Shown here: in pieces, positions 12,395 to 23,545 of the stretch
Numbering within the stretch: the first letter of the stretch is position 1
Layout of the letters: every line of letters begins with the position of its first letter
NCBI GenBank assembly: GCA_034670305.1
Contig: JAXMNT010000036.1
Coordinates: 14,451-78,450 of the forward strand
Source of the DNA: Deltaproteobacteria bacterium
GTDB lineage: Bacteria > Myxococcota_A > Polyangia > Polyangiales > Houyiibacteriaceae
Direction of reading: 5' to 3'
DNA length: 64,000 nucleotides
Made by a program: the position numbers and the translations under genes
The notes under the pieces: generated by a model
The model's input: only the letters and a program-made list of their open reading frames with translations
Told to the model about the DNA's origin: nothing
Databases searched by the model: none

Positions 12395-14725
12395 ATGAAC
12401 CGAATGCCCCGCCTCTTCGCCGCCCTCGTGTGCCTGCTCGCCGCACCCGCGGCTGGGCAGACGGCGGCGCAACCCGAAGCCGGTGCAGGGCTCGACCGGC
12501 CGGCCAGCGACGCAGACGCGGTGCAGCAACTTCTGCCGGAGGGCGACTCCGAGTTCGACCCGATCGGGACCGGAGACACCGCGAGCCTTCGGCACGTGCG
12601 TCCGCCGGAGCGGCCCACCGTGGACGAATCCCACCTCGGACCGGCGCCCCCGTTGGCGGAGATTCAGTCGGGCGAGATCGTGCGGGCGATCGCAGGGGTG
12701 CGGATTCGAGAACACCGCATCCATGTGCATCTCGTGGACGGGCTGGCGGTCGTGGACGAGCGGCTGCACTTCCATTCCCGCGCCCGCCATCCAGCCGAGG
12801 TCCGAGTGCATCTCGCGGTGCCGGAGGGCACGTCGGTGGCCCATCTGCAGGTCTGTCGAGATGCGGCGGCGGGTGAGCGGCGCACCGAGTCCACGGAACA
12901 ACGGTGCCGCACCGCGCTGCCGGGAAGCGCCGATGCGTACGACGAAGTGGTCCGGGCGCGCTCACCCGGCACGCGCCCTCCCCCGGTCGCACGCGCCCGC
13001 CCGGTCTCGGGCGCGCTCCAACTCGATGTGGCGCCGGTCGAGCGGGGCGTACCGATGTTCGTTCACCTGCGCTGGGTGGCGCCCCTCGCGATCCGCGGCG
13101 GGGTGGCGCGCCTCGACATCCCCCGACGCGGCAACGACCTGCGCGCGGTCGAGATGCAGGTGACGTTGTCCACCGAGGGACTGCTCGTGCCCACCCTTCA
13201 GGACGCTCCTGCGGGCGCGGGGACCGTCGTGAACATTCGACCTTGGGACGAGTTGCAGGCGTCGGCCCAGGTGCCCGCAGGCGGTGCGCCCCAGATCGTT
13301 GCGCATCGGTTCGCGTGTGCCCCCACCGATGGGTCCCCGCAGTGCGCACGGGTCTTCGCGACCGCCGGCCCGAGGCCCGCTGAACGCCAGGACGTCGTGC
13401 TTCTTCTCGATGTCTCCCCGTCGACCTTCGGCCCAGCGCGCGGACGCACGCCCGCTGCGATCGCCGCGCTGCTTCGCACCCTTCCCCCCGAGAGCCGCGT
13501 GCGCGCGGTGGCGTTTGCTGGCCGGGCGCAGGCGTTGATCGAAGAGCCCACCGCACCGGCCGACGTCCCGATGATGGCGATGGGTTCGCTCGGCGGCGCG
13601 GTGGTGGCCAACGGCGGCACGACCTCGCTCGGAGCAGCGACGCGGTTCGACGCGGCGTGGGCCGTCGTGCGCCCGTGGCTGGCCTCTGCACGCCGTGGAC
13701 ACCCGCTGCACCTCGTCGTGGTGGGCGACGGCGGCCTCACCCGCGGACCCGATGCCGACCGCGCCCTGAGAGCCGCGCGTCAGGCTGGGGTCCGGATGAG
13801 CGTGCTCAACCTCGGCGACCGTCCAGCGACGGGGCAACTGGTGGAGGCGGCGCGATCGTTTGGCGGCATCGTCGCCAACGTCGGTCCCGAAGCCGACCTC
13901 GCCGCCCGCGGCCGAGACACGCGGCGCCTCGAAGAAGCACTCGCCTCCCTCTTCGCGCCCCAGGTGGGCGGTGACGTGACCGTTCGGGTCGGGCGGGACT
14001 CGATCGTGCTGCCGGCCATGCGCGCCGGAGAGTCACGTGTGTGGCAGGGGCCGGCAACCGGGTTGCTCACCGCCCAGCACGGGCGGCAGCGGATCCGATT
14101 GCGCCGCCCCGCCACCGAGACGCCGAGCTGGGCCGCCGCCATCGGAAGCGCAGTCACCGGCCAGGACACCTGGACCGCCATCGCCCGCGAGGACCGCGCC
14201 ACCGTCACCGCCGAGTCCGCGGCACAGTGCGATCCGCGCGGTCCGGCGATGCGTGCCGGCGGCATCTCGAGCGACGAACATCCGGTGGCACCGGCCGGTC
14301 CCCGAGCCTGTGTGCCGCCCCCGCCCGCACCGGTTCAGCGCAGCCTCGGCCGCGGCGTGCCGGCCGAGACCGTGCTCTCGATGTTGCGACAGCGCATGGT
14401 GCCAGCGAGCCGCGCGTGTTTCCGGCGAGACCGCGCCGGTCGACGCGACTACGCGGTCCGCGTGGTATTCCACTTCGAACTCGCCGATGGCGAGGTCGTG
14501 CTCGCGGACGTCTCGGGAGAGATCCAGCCAGCGCTGCGCAGCTGCCTACTCGACACCTTGGACCGGCTCGAGGTCCCGCGGTTCGAAGGCACGATCATCG
14601 TGCGCTGGCCAGTGCACACCGAACGGGATGTGCCCACCGTGACGTGGGAACTTCGCGGCGACGTCGCCGACGCAGTCGACCAAGCGTTGGGCGACGACCG
14701 AAACACCGGCACGCCGGAGATCTGA
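12395..14725 (+). CDS. Secreted VIT-like + vWA protein with AgmX/PglI-like C-terminal domain
   Basis: Signal peptide; [20 protein letters not shown]-like segment; [23 protein letters not shown]-term RACFRR...LRSCLL...IVRWP. Confidence 0.75.
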   Translation: MNRMPRLFAALVCLLAAPAAGQTAAQPEAGAGLDRPASDADAVQQLLPEGDSEFDPIGTGDTASLRHVRPPERPTVDESHLGPAPPLAEIQSGEIVRAIAGVRIREHRIHVHLVDGLAVVDERLHFHSRARHPAEVRVHLAVPEGTSVAHLQVCRDAAAGERRTESTEQRCRTALPGSADAYDEVVRARSPGTRPPPVARARPVSGALQLDVAPVERGVPMFVHLRWVAPLAIRGGVARLDIPRRGNDLRAVEMQVTLSTEGLLVPTLQDAPAGAGTVVNIRPWDELQASAQVPAGGAPQIVAHRFACAPTDGSPQCARVFATAGPRPAERQDVVLLLDVSPSTFGPARGRTPAAIAALLRTLPPESRVRAVAFAGRAQALIEEPTAPADVPMMAMGSLGGAVVANGGTTSLGAATRFDAAWAVVRPWLASARRGHPLHLVVVGDGGLTRGPDADRALRAARQAGVRMSVLNLGDRPATGQLVEAARSFGGIVANVGPEADLAARGRDTRRLEEALASLFAPQVGGDVTVRVGRDSIVLPAMRAGESRVWQGPATGLLTAQHGRQRIRLRRPATETPSWAAAIGSAVTGQDTWTAIAREDRATVTAESAAQCDPRGPAMRAGGISSDEHPVAPAGPRACVPPPPAPVQRSLGRGVPAETVLSMLRQRMVPASRACFRRDRAGRRDYAVRVVFHFELADGEVVLADVSGEIQPALRSCLLDTLDRLEVPRFEGTIIVRWPVHTERDVPTVTWELRGDVADAVDQALGDDRNTGTPEI

Positions 14726-14737
14726 CCTCCCGGCGGC

Positions 14738-15010
14738 GGCGTCGGCTTCGGCGTCGGCATCGGCTTCGGCTTCGGCGTCGGCTTCGGCGTCGGCTTCGGC
14801 TTCGGCGTCGGCTTCGGCTTCAGCTTCGGCGTCGGCTTCGGCTTCGGCTTCGGCTTCGGCTTCGGCTTCGGCGTCGGCTTCGGCTTCGGCTTCGGCGTCG
14901 GCTTCGGCTTCGGCTTCGGCTTCGGGATCGGCTTCGGCGTCGGCTTCGGCTTCGGCTTCGGCGTCGGCGTCGGCCTCACAAGGGCAAGGGCAAGGGCAGG
15001 GGCAGGGGCA
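14738..15010. repeat. Bipartite hexamer array (GGCTTC/GGCGTC)n-TCACAA-(GGGCAR)n
   Basis: Seen directly: first block 14738-14977, second block 14982-15010. Confidence 0.97.
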
Positions 15011-15034
15011 GCCTGCTTTGCCCGCCCCTGCGCT

Positions 15035-15571
15035 CTAGCGCGCGGCGTGGCGGACCCGAGGGTCCGGGTGGTCGGCGAACTGCGCGGCGCGGGCGGAGAG
15101 GGTCTCTGAGGACGAGGCCCGGCCGGCGACCACGGCAGCACTCAAGAGGATCGGATGCGACGCCTCGTCGTCCAGCACGTCCGTGATCAACGCACGCGTC
15201 TCTTCCGAGTCGTCGCGCAACATCGAGAGCGCGCGGGCACGAATGACGAGCCAACGATCGTGCGTTGCCACCCAGCGCGCCGCCGCCGGATCGACTTCCG
15301 TCGGCAGGTCCGCGGTGTGCCTCGCGCGCAGGCGTTGAGCGAGCGTGCGCGCGCTCCACGGTGCGTTGGTCCAGTCCGCGTCGCGGGTCGGCGAGGTCGC
15401 ACGCGCGACAGAAGGCGCGGATGCCGGGGCCGGCGACTCGGTCGTCGGCGCCTCGGTCGGGGCCTCGGTCGCGGTCGGAAGCAGCGCTTGCTCCACCGGT
15501 GCCGCCCCTTCCCCACACGCGAACATCAAGCAGGCCGCCGAGACCCATCGCATCTGCAATCGCCAGTTCAT
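15035..15571 (-). CDS. Hypothetical lipoprotein, HEAT-like helices
   Basis: LMFAC lipobox; [16 protein letters not shown]-like end; overlaps the stop of the upstream gene by 4 nt. Confidence 0.6.
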   Translation of the reverse strand: MNWRLQMRWVSAACLMFACGEGAAPVEQALLPTATEAPTEAPTTESPAPASAPSVARATSPTRDADWTNAPWSARTLAQRLRARHTADLPTEVDPAAARWVATHDRWLVIRARALSMLRDDSEETRALITDVLDDEASHPILLSAAVVAGRASSSETLSARAAQFADHPDPRVRHAAR

Positions 15572-16707
15572 CGGGTCACCGGGCTGAGCTGGATCAACCG
15601 CCGCTGAGCGGTCGACAGGGTGCGCTGCGAGAACTCGAGCGCCGACAACCAGAACATCAGGTTCTGCCCGTCGGCGAACTCACACTCTTCCGCGGTGAGC
15701 TCTCCGTCCTCGTCGAGATCGAAGCTCACGTCGCATTCCGGCGTGTCCCCGATCTCGTCGAAGATGTCGCCGGTGTCCTCGGTGGTGTGAAAGAGCCCGA
15801 TCTGGTGACCGACCTCGTGCGAGGCGGTCTCGGCGAGGAGTACCGGGTCGAGAAACCCTTCGTCGTCGATGTGCGCATCGACCGCCACGATCACCCCGCT
15901 CGACACCGTGCCGACCACGCCGTTCGGACCTGGGATGCCAGCCGCGAACCCGAGCGTGAACGGCTCGTCGGCGAAGCCCTGGATCAGATAGACCAGGATC
16001 TGGAGTTCGTCCGCCGGGACGTAGGACGCGCGCACCGCGGCTGCACCGGCGCCCTCCGCGTTGACGAACGCGGGACCCGGGACCGCAGCGATCTCGATCC
16101 GAGAGTCGATGCCCGCGTCGCTGAAGACGAGCGCCATCTCGTCGCGGAGTTCTTCCACGGTGACCTCGCCGAGATCGGTGTCGCCGACCACCACCACCGT
16201 CACATGCAACGAACCACCGGCCGGGCGGCGCCGCGAGACGATGTGAAGGATGCCTCGTCGCGCGGAGAGGTCTTCGTCGGACACGCCCTGAATCGTGGTG
16301 CAGCCAGGTGCGATCGAAGAGTCTTCGTTCGCGGGCAAAGCCACCGCACCGGCCGGGTTGAGTGTGTGGAAGTAAGGCGCGGTCTCGCCGAAGGGGTCCG
16401 CTTCGTTGTCCAGGTAGACGACGTCTCCTTGGCGCAGCGTGCCGATGGCGGTGAAGCTCTCGCCCGCTTCGACGACGAGCAAGAGCGACTCGAGATCCCG
16501 GGGGACCCCGAACTCGAGCAGGTCGCTCGCCGAGCCGCCGCCGCGAACGGCCTCCCAGTCGATGGCCACCTGTTCGTGGGTGACCTCGCCGGCGAAGCCG
16601 ATGTCTTCGAGTTCTTCACACCCGCCGGTCGGCGGATCGGGGTCGTCTTTGCAGCCAACGAGGGCGCAGCACGCCAACGCGATCGCTGCTGCACGGAGAG
16701 AGGTCAT
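15568..16707 (-). CDS. Zinc metalloprotease lipoprotein (metzincin, M43-like)
   Basis: ALVGC lipobox; HEVGHQIGLFH zinc motif; IGDTP..C; NLM Met-turn; start overlaps the permease stop. Confidence 0.85.
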   Translation of the reverse strand: MTSLRAAAIALACCALVGCKDDPDPPTGGCEELEDIGFAGEVTHEQVAIDWEAVRGGGSASDLLEFGVPRDLESLLLVVEAGESFTAIGTLRQGDVVYLDNEADPFGETAPYFHTLNPAGAVALPANEDSSIAPGCTTIQGVSDEDLSARRGILHIVSRRRPAGGSLHVTVVVVGDTDLGEVTVEELRDEMALVFSDAGIDSRIEIAAVPGPAFVNAEGAGAAAVRASYVPADELQILVYLIQGFADEPFTLGFAAGIPGPNGVVGTVSSGVIVAVDAHIDDEGFLDPVLLAETASHEVGHQIGLFHTTEDTGDIFDEIGDTPECDVSFDLDEDGELTAEECEFADGQNLMFWLSALEFSQRTLSTAQRRLIQLSPVTR

Positions 16708-18308
16708 TCTTCCTCCGGACGACCGCTCGCAGGACCGGGTCCGCTCGGTGTCGCCGCCGCGCGCGCAAGCACGCTGTGTTTGCGGCCGTAGCCGAAGTAG
16801 ATCGCGAATCCGATCGCGAGCCAGATGAGAAGGCGCAGCCATGTGTCGAGGGGAAGCCCAATCATCACCCAAAGACAGGCCAGCGCGCCAGCCCCCCCGA
16901 TCAGCCACGGCGCCGGCACCTTGAACGCACGTTGTACGTCCGGTTCGGTGTGGCGAAGAATGGGTACACCCAGGCACACGAGCACGAACGCGAGCAGGGT
17001 GCCGATGCTGACGAGCTCCCCCACGAGGTGGATCGGGATGAACCCGCCGCAGATCGCGACGAACACCCCGGTCACGACGGTCGCGACGTGGGGCGTGTGG
17101 TGTTTCTCATGGGTCCGATGGAACCAAGGCAAGAGGCCATCGCGACTGATGGCGTAAAAGATCCGGGTCTGCCCGAGCATCATCACGAGGATGACGCTCG
17201 TCAGGCCGGCGAGCGCGCCGATCTTCACCATCGCGGTGAAACCCTTCTGTGCGGACGGCGACCAACCGCGGAGCTCCACGATGCGATCGATGCCGACCGC
17301 GATCGGATCCGCGACGTCCAGGCCCTCGTAGTGCACGACGCCCGTGAGCACGATCGCGACGCCGACGTACAGCAGCGTGCAGATCACGAGAGAGCTGAGG
17401 ATGCCGATGGGCAAGTCGCGCTTCGGGTTGCGGGTCTCCTGCGCCGTGGTGGAGACCGCGTCGAAGCCGATGTACGCGAAGAACACCACCCCCGCACCGG
17501 TGAGCACACCACCCATGCCCCAGCCGTATCGGGCTCCCTCGGCCGTCTGCTGCACGGCGGGCACGAGCGCGCCGAGGCCGGTCGCCGCGTCGTTCACGAA
17601 CAAGTTCTCTCCACTGACGACCCCGATGCCGAGCAGCACGAAGACGATCACGATGGTGACCTTCACGATGACGATCAGGTTGTTCACCCACGCAGCTTCT
17701 TTGATGCCTCGGTAGATCACGGCCGCGGCGAAGAGGGCGATGAAAGTCGCGGGCATGTTCCAGTACCCAGCGGCTTCGACGCCGCTGGCGAGTTCGACGG
17801 TTTCGAACGGGCCCTTCGTGAATCGTAAGAACGTGTCGCTGAACTCGATGCCGAAGTTCTTGTGCAACAGCGAGTAGAGGTAGCCGCCCCACGCCTCGGA
17901 CACCGTGACCGCGCCGAACGCGTACTCGAGCACGAGATCCCAACCGACGATCCACGCGATGAGTTCACCCATGGTGGTGTAGGTGTAGGCGTACGCCGAT
18001 CCCGCGACTGGGATCATGGAGGCGAGCTCCGCGTAGCAGAGGCCGGCGAGCGCGCAGAGAATGCCGCCGACCACGAAGCTGAACACGATGCCGGGACCGG
18101 CGTATTGCGCCGCCGCGGTGCCGGTCAGCGAGAAGATGCCCGCGCCGATGATGGCGCCCACACCGAGCATCGCCAGGTTGAACGCGCCGAGGCTGCGCTT
18201 GAGTCCGCCGGACACCGCGACGTCGTCTTCGTGGCCGTGTTCCGCGCGGTTCGGATCACCGGCTTCCGCGATGACTTCGGCCAAGTTCTTTTTCCGCAGC
18301 AGCGACAT
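16704..18308 (-). CDS. Amino acid permease (APC family, CAT-like)
   Basis: GAIIGAGIF, CYAELASMIPVAGSAY, FFAYIGFDAVST, about 12 TM helices. Confidence 0.97.
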   Translation of the reverse strand: MSLLRKKNLAEVIAEAGDPNRAEHGHEDDVAVSGGLKRSLGAFNLAMLGVGAIIGAGIFSLTGTAAAQYAGPGIVFSFVVGGILCALAGLCYAELASMIPVAGSAYAYTYTTMGELIAWIVGWDLVLEYAFGAVTVSEAWGGYLYSLLHKNFGIEFSDTFLRFTKGPFETVELASGVEAAGYWNMPATFIALFAAAVIYRGIKEAAWVNNLIVIVKVTIVIVFVLLGIGVVSGENLFVNDAATGLGALVPAVQQTAEGARYGWGMGGVLTGAGVVFFAYIGFDAVSTTAQETRNPKRDLPIGILSSLVICTLLYVGVAIVLTGVVHYEGLDVADPIAVGIDRIVELRGWSPSAQKGFTAMVKIGALAGLTSVILVMMLGQTRIFYAISRDGLLPWFHRTHEKHHTPHVATVVTGVFVAICGGFIPIHLVGELVSIGTLLAFVLVCLGVPILRHTEPDVQRAFKVPAPWLIGGAGALACLWVMIGLPLDTWLRLLIWLAIGFAIYFGYGRKHSVLARAAATPSGPGPASGRPEEE

Positions 18309-18368
18309 GGCGCGAGAGGGTCGCCGGAGATCGCCGATTGCTCAAGTGTCTCTGCGGCCAAGAGGCCA

Positions 18369-18475
18369 GACCCAGAAGCCAGGACTCAGAGGCCAGGACT
18401 CAGAAGCCAGGACTCAGAGGGCAGACTCAGAGGCCAGGACTCAGAGGGCAGACTCAGAGGCCAGGACTCAGAGGG
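18369..18475. repeat. 13-14 bp tandem repeat (core GACTCAGA x7) overlapping a stop codon
   Basis: Cores at 18383, 18397, 18411, 18424, 18438, 18451 and 18465; the last contains the TGA of CDS 18468-20051. Confidence 0.95.
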
Positions 18476-20051
18476 CGTCGGTCAGGGCGGTGCCCACCGC
18501 GGCCCAGCCCGCGCCGGAGCGGCGGATGAGTTGGCTCGCCGGCTGGCGCAGGTCCGAGAGCATGCGTCGGTGTTGGCTCTCGGCGTCGGCACCGGCGGTG
18601 GTCTTGACGACCGCGAAGAATGTGACGCCGTCGCGGTTCAGGTTCGTGAGGACGTCGGGCCACTCGGCGGGTGGCGGCGAGACCGTGGTGTACGGCACGT
18701 ACAGCCCCAGGCCGATCGGCTGCGGTCCGTTGTGGTTCGGCGCATCGGTGAACGCGACCACGATGCGCTGCGCGCTCGGTCGCCAGCATCCGCCCGCGAC
18801 CCGATCCGCGGCGCAGCGAAGCGGCTCCGTCTGAGGATGCGGTGCGCCACCGGTCAACACGTCCAGGGCTTCGATGCCGCTCTCGGGAAGGTCGCCGCCG
18901 CCGTAGCGCGGCGCCCCCGCCAGCTCGGCCCGAAGCGCAGCCTCGTCGTCGGTCGGTGCGATGCCGCCCGTGAACGGGACGTCCGTTCCGCCGAAGTCGG
19001 CGTAGTAGCTGATGCCCACCTGGACGCCCTCGATCGCCAGCAGCTCCGCCACGATGTCATCTGCGATGGCGGTCGCGCCGCTCTCCACGTCGCCGGCGTG
19101 CGAGCCGGTCATGTCGAAGAGCAGTGTCACGTCGACCGGGATCACCGCTGCGCAGGCGACCTCCGTCTCGTACCCGCAGGTCTCGCTGCACCGCTGGACC
19201 TGCGACTCGCCCTCGGGGCAGCCTTCGGTGGTGCGGCGCGTGGTGCCGGCCGCGCACTCGCCTTCGCCCATGCAGATCGCGACAGGCGCCCACTCGCACG
19301 CGACGTTGCAGCGCGCGCGCTGGGTGCCGCACATGCCGCAGGGTGCGTCCCCGAGCGTGCCCGGCTCGCACATGCCTTCGTCTTCGCACACGCCGTACGC
19401 CCAGGTCCCGTCGTCGCCGCAGACCCGGTCTTGCTCGCCACACGATCCACATTCGACCCGTTCCATGGCGCCCGGTGTGCTGCATGGGTCGAACGAGCAG
19501 GCGCCCGCGTCCTCGAACGCACACATGTCGTCGCACAGCACCTCACGGGTCTCCATCGCTGCGCACCCGTCGTTGGTGCGGGTGCGGGTGCCGGGCGCGC
19601 ATTCGCCTTCCCCCGAACACGCACCGAACGGCTCGAGCGTGCACATGGTGGTGCACCGCGCCTGCTGCATGCCGCACGCACCACACGCCACCATCGAAGT
19701 CGTGCCGGGCACGCAGCCCATCGGCCGCTCGCCCGCGCAGGGTCCGTAGCTCCAGATCATCTCCGCGGTGCAGAAGCGGTCCCGCGATCCGCAGAGGCCG
19801 CACGACACGGTCTCGAGCGCACCGGGTGCGTCGCAGGGTTCGTCCATCGGGCCGCTGTCGACGCCCGCGTCCTCTTCAGTGAACGCGTCCTCGTCCGTGG
19901 ACGCATCTTCGCCAACGAACGCGTCCACGCCCGCGTCGTCCCCCACGAACGCATCTTCGCTCGCGCCATCCAGCGCTCCGTCGAGTGGCGCGGTCGATTC
20001 GCCGCATCCGAACATGGAGATCACCAGCGTACCCAAGACCAAGCGCGTCAT
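18468..20051 (-). CDS. Cys-rich-stalk lipoprotein with C-terminal integrin-beta-like vWA domain
   Basis: SMFGC lipobox; repeated CGxCG...C..W..GxC modules; VTLLFDMTGSH, GGGDLPESGIEAL, WRPSAQRIVVAFTDAPNH. Confidence 0.85.
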   Translation of the reverse strand: MTRLVLGTLVISMFGCGESTAPLDGALDGASEDAFVGDDAGVDAFVGEDASTDEDAFTEEDAGVDSGPMDEPCDAPGALETVSCGLCGSRDRFCTAEMIWSYGPCAGERPMGCVPGTTSMVACGACGMQQARCTTMCTLEPFGACSGEGECAPGTRTRTNDGCAAMETREVLCDDMCAFEDAGACSFDPCSTPGAMERVECGSCGEQDRVCGDDGTWAYGVCEDEGMCEPGTLGDAPCGMCGTQRARCNVACEWAPVAICMGEGECAAGTTRRTTEGCPEGESQVQRCSETCGYETEVACAAVIPVDVTLLFDMTGSHAGDVESGATAIADDIVAELLAIEGVQVGISYYADFGGTDVPFTGGIAPTDDEAALRAELAGAPRYGGGDLPESGIEALDVLTGGAPHPQTEPLRCAADRVAGGCWRPSAQRIVVAFTDAPNHNGPQPIGLGLYVPYTTVSPPPAEWPDVLTNLNRDGVTFFAVVKTTAGADAESQHRRMLSDLRQPASQLIRRSGAGWAAVGTALTDAL

Positions 20052-20167
20052 TTTCAAAGCTCCCTGACCGCAGTGTAGGAGAACCCAGCCCAGCTGTCTG
20101 GTCCGCGCAGAAGAACGGTCCGTTCGGCGCGCCCTGGCGGATCGACAGTCGACAGGACGGAGACGGG

Positions 20168-20779
20168 TCAGGCCGTGGGGGCGGGGAGGATGCCCTCGGC
20201 GACCAGCGCGTCTCTCAAGCCGTTGGCGTCTTGGAAGAGGTGGGTGCGCATGCCGAGCGCGGCTGCCGGGTCGAGGTTCTTCTGGCGGTCGTCGACGAAG
20301 AGGCAGTCTTCGGGCGCTGCGTCCAGGGTGCGCAGCACGTGTTCGTACAGCTTCGGGTCGGGTTTGCGCAGGCCGACCAGGCACGAGACAAACGACCACT
20401 CGAGGAATCGGCTCAGGCGCAGCTTGTCTTCGATCCAGACGTACCACTCCGGGTAGTTGGAGAGCGCGTGGACCGAGAGGGCACCGGTCCGCTGCGTCGC
20501 CGCCAACTCTGCAAGGAGGCGCTCGATGCCGGGCAAGAATGCGTACCCGTCCCGGATCATCGATTCGAACGCCGCGTGGTCGAAGCTCCGGCCGTCCGCG
20601 AAGAACTCGTCGAGGAAACCGTCCCGCGAACGCTCCCCGTGCTCGAAACGGATCCATGCGTCCGGATGCTTCAACTGCCAGAGCGTGTCGCTCTCCATGC
20701 CGAAGAACGCGGGGATGTCGCGAAACGGATCCCGGACGAGGGTGTCCATCACGTCCAAGAGCACGATGGTTCGTCTCAT
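20168..20779 (-). CDS. HAD-superfamily hydrolase
   Basis: LLDVMDTL, ALSNY, RKPDPKLY, FVDDRQKN. Confidence 0.92.
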   Translation of the reverse strand: MRRTIVLLDVMDTLVRDPFRDIPAFFGMESDTLWQLKHPDAWIRFEHGERSRDGFLDEFFADGRSFDHAAFESMIRDGYAFLPGIERLLAELAATQRTGALSVHALSNYPEWYVWIEDKLRLSRFLEWSFVSCLVGLRKPDPKLYEHVLRTLDAAPEDCLFVDDRQKNLDPAAALGMRTHLFQDANGLRDALVAEGILPAPTA

Positions 20780-20837
20780 GAACACGCCGCCCGTGGAGCA
20801 GGCGGCGTGGTTCGAGCAGCCGTTCGCAAAGCGGCGG

Positions 20838-23390
20838 TCACCGCATCATGAAGATCGGCTGCGACACGGCGAACGGCGAGCGGCCCGGATGGACCGGCTC
20901 GAGCGTGTCTCCGCCCTTCGCGTGGAACACGACCCACGCCCCGCCTTCGACTTCGACGTCGGTCTCCAGGCGAATCACGTCGGTCGAGTCCGGGATCGGC
21001 AACGTCTCCGCCAGCTCTCCATCCACCCAGACCTCGAGTTCGTCCGCGTCGACCCAGGGCGCCGCCTGCACGACCACGTGGAAACTCTCGCGCGCCATCG
21101 CCGAGGCGATCTCGCCGCCGGGACGCACCCCATCGCGCCCCTCCACCGTCAGGTAGAGGCCGCCGCTCACGGTGAATGCACCCGCCCGGGTCACATCGCG
21201 CACGAGCGCCGCGCCGCCACCGGCCCGAAGCGAAGCCGCATCGTCGACGCCGACATCCAGACACGTCCGCGGGTACCCGATGGGGGATCCGCGCATCACC
21301 CCGTGGGTGTCGGAGGAACCGACCGCCCAGACGCGCCGTCCTTGGTTCAAGAACGAGAACCAGTCGTTCACGATCTCCATCGACTCTTCGAACGAGTCGT
21401 CGTTGAACACCTCGACGGCTTGAAAGTCCTCGTCCCACAGCTCCGGGTTGCCCACTTCGCCGGTGACCGGATCGTAGTTCGCCGCGCTGAAGTACCCGCC
21501 GATCGCGGCGCCGCGCGGATGGTTGATGATCAAGACCGGATCTTCGGGCAGCGCGCGCACGTCGTTGAAGACGTCGGCGGGCATGCGGTCGATCCAAGGA
21601 ATCGACCCTCGGTTCTGCATCTCCGGCCGCGGCTCCACCGGCACGACGCCGAAGTGGCCCCACGCAAACGTGGTCAGCTCCATGGACGTGACGCCGAACA
21701 CGTAGTCGCCGAGGCCGTTCTCCTGACCCAGCACATCCCACTCGTAGACCCACTCGTGGTCGGAACGGCACGGGATCTCGAGGCCATCCGCCGCCGCCGT
21801 GCCGAGCTTCCACAGACCAGGGTCTTCCGAGTCCGGCGAGCGGTCGGTGTGGATGTGGTAGTCGGCGCACATCACCCCGGTCGTGTCGACGACCCGGTCG
21901 AGGACCACGGTCGTCGGCGTGGCCGGAGGCGGTCCCGCGACCACGGTGATGTCGGAGTCGAAGATGTCGTACTCGTACCCGCGCGACACCACGACCTGAT
22001 GCATGCCGGGCAAGAGCGGCAGGGTGACTTCGCCGTCGAGCGGGAACACCACGTGGGTGCGCCGGCCGGGGCGGTCCGGTTCGCCGTACTTCGCTTCGAT
22101 GCTCGGCTCCGCCCGGCCCACCGGGGCGGTCTGCACGCGGACTGGAAGCGGCTGGTCGTCCGAGTCGATCGCCCGAATGCTCACGAACCCGACGGCCGGC
22201 ATGGTGATGTCGCCCGAGGCCACCGGGTCGGAGAATCCTTCGCCTGGGCGGAAGGCACGCAGCTGCGGCGTGACGTCGGCGGGCACGCTCAGTTGGTAGT
22301 TGCCGGATTCGTCTGTGAGGGTCCGCGTGATGTACGCATCGTCGGTCTCTGCGTGAACCCGGACGCCGGCCATAGGCGCTCCGTCGGCGCTCAGAACCCG
22401 CCCGGTCATGCTCGTCGTGGCGACGCCTTCGCTGCGCCAGATGGCTTCGCGCACACCGTTCATGCCGCGCCCGGCGCCGACGTGAAGCCGGTAGTACGGA
22501 AGCGCCGTCTCGCCACATGCGCCGATGGACGCGCGTTCGCCCTGCAGCACGATCGCGCCGCTGATCTCGAGGATCAGCCCCACCTCTTCGGTGGGTTCGA
22601 TCGCGTAGCTGGTCGCATCGTCGTCCGCGAAGCCCATCCACGGGTACGACTCGGACGAATCGACCTGGAAACCGCGGACCGGTCCGAACGCTGGCATCCG
22701 CTTGGTCTGGAAGATGAGAAAGAGGTTCGGCGCACTCGTACCGCGCGCGCGCGGGTTGGAGAGCGTGTAGGTGACGTCGACGACTTCGGCGTCGGGCGCC
22801 AGGCGGTAGTCGACCGCAATCGTCAGGTCGCCGTACTCGAGGGGCGCGAACACCCGCGCGAGGTCGTCCACGAAGGGGATGGGATGCAGCGCACCGACTG
22901 CCCGGACGACCGCGTCGTCGGTGCCATCGTCGAACACCCCAACACTCGTCGGCTCGAACGTGAACCGTCCCACGCCGATCAGCAGCTCGTTGAACGCGGC
23001 CGGTTCGACCATCGCGCCGCCTTCGATGCGGGCGAGCCCGTTCGGTTTGCCGCCCCAGGGATCGTAGCCGTCCGAGACCCGCATGGACTCGATCACGACC
23101 GCGACTCGGTCGTTCGCGACGACGAAGTCTCCGGGCGCCCAGGTCGCGAGACCGCTCGGATCGTCCGGCAACATCTCCGCGGTCAGCGCGCCCGCGCGCG
23201 CTTCGCCGGCGGCACTCCCGAGCGGGTCCGCGTGGCCCGCCGCGTCGCCGACCTGGAATGGGCCGGGCAAGGGGTCACACACCTCGGGTTCGGGTGCGTC
23301 GACCGCGGCGTCGTCTGCGCCGGCGTCGATGGTCATGTCGTCGTCGCTGGGACAGCCCGCGATCACGAGAAGAAGAAGAAGCCACCTCAT
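20838..23390 (-). CDS. PHP-domain (CehA/McbA-like) metallohydrolase lipoprotein
   Basis: IAGC lipobox; carboxypeptidase-regulatory-like domain; ADYHIHT, SDHE, GHF, INHPR, GSSDTH. Confidence 0.88.
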   Translation of the reverse strand: MRWLLLLLVIAGCPSDDDMTIDAGADDAAVDAPEPEVCDPLPGPFQVGDAAGHADPLGSAAGEARAGALTAEMLPDDPSGLATWAPGDFVVANDRVAVVIESMRVSDGYDPWGGKPNGLARIEGGAMVEPAAFNELLIGVGRFTFEPTSVGVFDDGTDDAVVRAVGALHPIPFVDDLARVFAPLEYGDLTIAVDYRLAPDAEVVDVTYTLSNPRARGTSAPNLFLIFQTKRMPAFGPVRGFQVDSSESYPWMGFADDDATSYAIEPTEEVGLILEISGAIVLQGERASIGACGETALPYYRLHVGAGRGMNGVREAIWRSEGVATTSMTGRVLSADGAPMAGVRVHAETDDAYITRTLTDESGNYQLSVPADVTPQLRAFRPGEGFSDPVASGDITMPAVGFVSIRAIDSDDQPLPVRVQTAPVGRAEPSIEAKYGEPDRPGRRTHVVFPLDGEVTLPLLPGMHQVVVSRGYEYDIFDSDITVVAGPPPATPTTVVLDRVVDTTGVMCADYHIHTDRSPDSEDPGLWKLGTAAADGLEIPCRSDHEWVYEWDVLGQENGLGDYVFGVTSMELTTFAWGHFGVVPVEPRPEMQNRGSIPWIDRMPADVFNDVRALPEDPVLIINHPRGAAIGGYFSAANYDPVTGEVGNPELWDEDFQAVEVFNDDSFEESMEIVNDWFSFLNQGRRVWAVGSSDTHGVMRGSPIGYPRTCLDVGVDDAASLRAGGGAALVRDVTRAGAFTVSGGLYLTVEGRDGVRPGGEIASAMARESFHVVVQAAPWVDADELEVWVDGELAETLPIPDSTDVIRLETDVEVEGGAWVVFHAKGGDTLEPVHPGRSPFAVSQPIFMMR

Positions 23391-23545
23391 GGCTACGTTC
23401 TATCAGTGGGTCACAAGGCTGTCACCGAGGAGCGGAGAACAACGTGGCGGAACCCGACGTGCCGAAGCCGCGGCCAGCGATTGGAAGCGCGCCGGACGGC
23501 GTGCCCAACCCCACGAGACCCGCGTCGTTGTGCGTTCGTTGGGGT

